A DNA stretch of 63,091 bases, filler included, from Octopus bimaculoides (taxonomy: Eukaryota): the NCBI RefSeq assembly GCF_001194135.2. It is 6 parts of 4 records of this genome, joined end to end, with 100 filler letters (N's around TTAATTAATTAA, not from the genome) between each part and the next. Parts side by side here need not be neighbours in the genome. Positions count along the whole stretch, not along the records: positions 58,228 to 63,091 come from NC_068988.1; 5 more parts are not named here. One strand, 5' to 3'. Made by a program: the position numbers and the translations under genes. Shown piece after piece: positions 62,091 to 63,091 of the stretch; position 1 is the stretch's first letter; every line of letters begins with the position of its first letter. The notes below the pieces were generated by a model. The model was not told the DNA's origin, searched no databases, and worked only from the letters and a program-made list of their open reading frames with translations.

Positions 62091-62898
62091 CACCATCACC
62101 ACCACTACTGCTGCTACTACTACTGCTTCTACAACATGTATTCATGACCACATGCATTTGTGCAAATGCATGTGTGTGCATGTGCATAGGCATGTTTCTC
62201 TATATGAGTCTATACTTTACCAACACAAGAATGTGAATATATGCTTGTATGTGTGTGCGTGTGTGTATGCATGTGTATGTATATATATCTATACATATGT
62301 GTGTGTATATGTATGTACATATGTATACATCTGTGCTTCAACATGAGGGTGTGTAAGCAATTTTGCGAATGTATATGATCGTGTAGGCTCATACGAGTAC
62401 AAAGATGAAGCCAACGGACTTTTCCAAGTACTGAAAGCTTAAAAAAAACAAACAAACCCTAAACAAAAAAACAAAAAAATAATAATAAAAAAATACAAAC
62501 TAAAATTGAAGAAACAACAACAAGAAAAAAAGAATCGAGTTGTATTGTTTATTGTGTGAGAAATGTAAGAGAGTGAATGAAGAGGGTTTGTTGGTGTAGA
62601 ATAAGTAGTTCGATAAATGTCCGATAGATCTGGATGTTATTAGTGTGTCTAAACATGTAGAAACCAGTATTGCTGGCCTACAAAGGACGCAGCGGTGTAT
62701 TACTATTATTATTATCATTATTATTATTATTATTATATATACACAACACATGAGAGAAAGAGAGAGAGAGGTGAGGAGGATGTAGGAGTGTATGTATATA
62801 TATATGTGCGTGTGTGTATATATACATGTGTGTGCATGTATATATATCTATATATATATGTATATATATACATATATGTGTGTATGTAAAATTATGTA

Positions 62899-63091
62899 CA
62901 TGTATATATATATGTATATATGTGTATATATATGTCTATATATACATATGTATATATATATAATATACATGTATATGTATATATATATGTATATATGTAT
63001 ATATGTGTATATATATGTCTATATATACGTATGTATATATATATATAATATACATGTATATGTATATATATATGTATATATGTATATATGT
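62899..63091. repeat. AT-rich higher-order tandem repeat (~70-85-bp unit, 2+ copies)
   Basis: catgtata..tgtgtatatatatgtctatatatac.tatgtatata..taatata repeated from 62899, 62968 and 63053. Confidence 0.8.

Overview
AT-rich, microsatellite-saturated animal genomic DNA. The repeat make-up suggests an octopus or other cephalopod, but that is inference. About a sixth of the window is N gaps. Five artificial 100-bp joins (44 N + TTAATTAATTAA + 44 N) split it into six separately assembled pieces, so neighbours across those joins are not proven neighbours. The one securely identified gene is the 3' part of PPWD1 (WD40 + cyclophilin, spliceosomal) on the + strand: 9 visible GT-AG exons at 28590-36106. 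One further exon probably lies in a gap, and the 5' exons are absent. The rest is mostly transposon debris: R4/Dong-like retrotransposons at (AAT)n tracts, Penelope-like, RTE and CR1 fragments, Tc1/mariner and pogo derivatives, and at least three tRNA-derived SINE families. Most notable: (i) a complete type I hammerhead ribozyme motif (53681-53772) in a ~310-bp dispersed non-coding element with a second copy, plus decayed hammerheads in other repeat families, one behind a tRNA-like Pol III head; (ii) a dimeric SINE with target-site duplications; (iii) a train of elements stacked in (AAT)n; (iv) a 171-bp-arm foldback; (v) candidate dsRNA/A-to-I editing features in PPWD1; (vi) a tentative small spliced gene with a promoter-like 5' end. 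No CRISPR, rRNA or true tRNA gene was found. All family assignments come from motif recognition by eye, not database searches.
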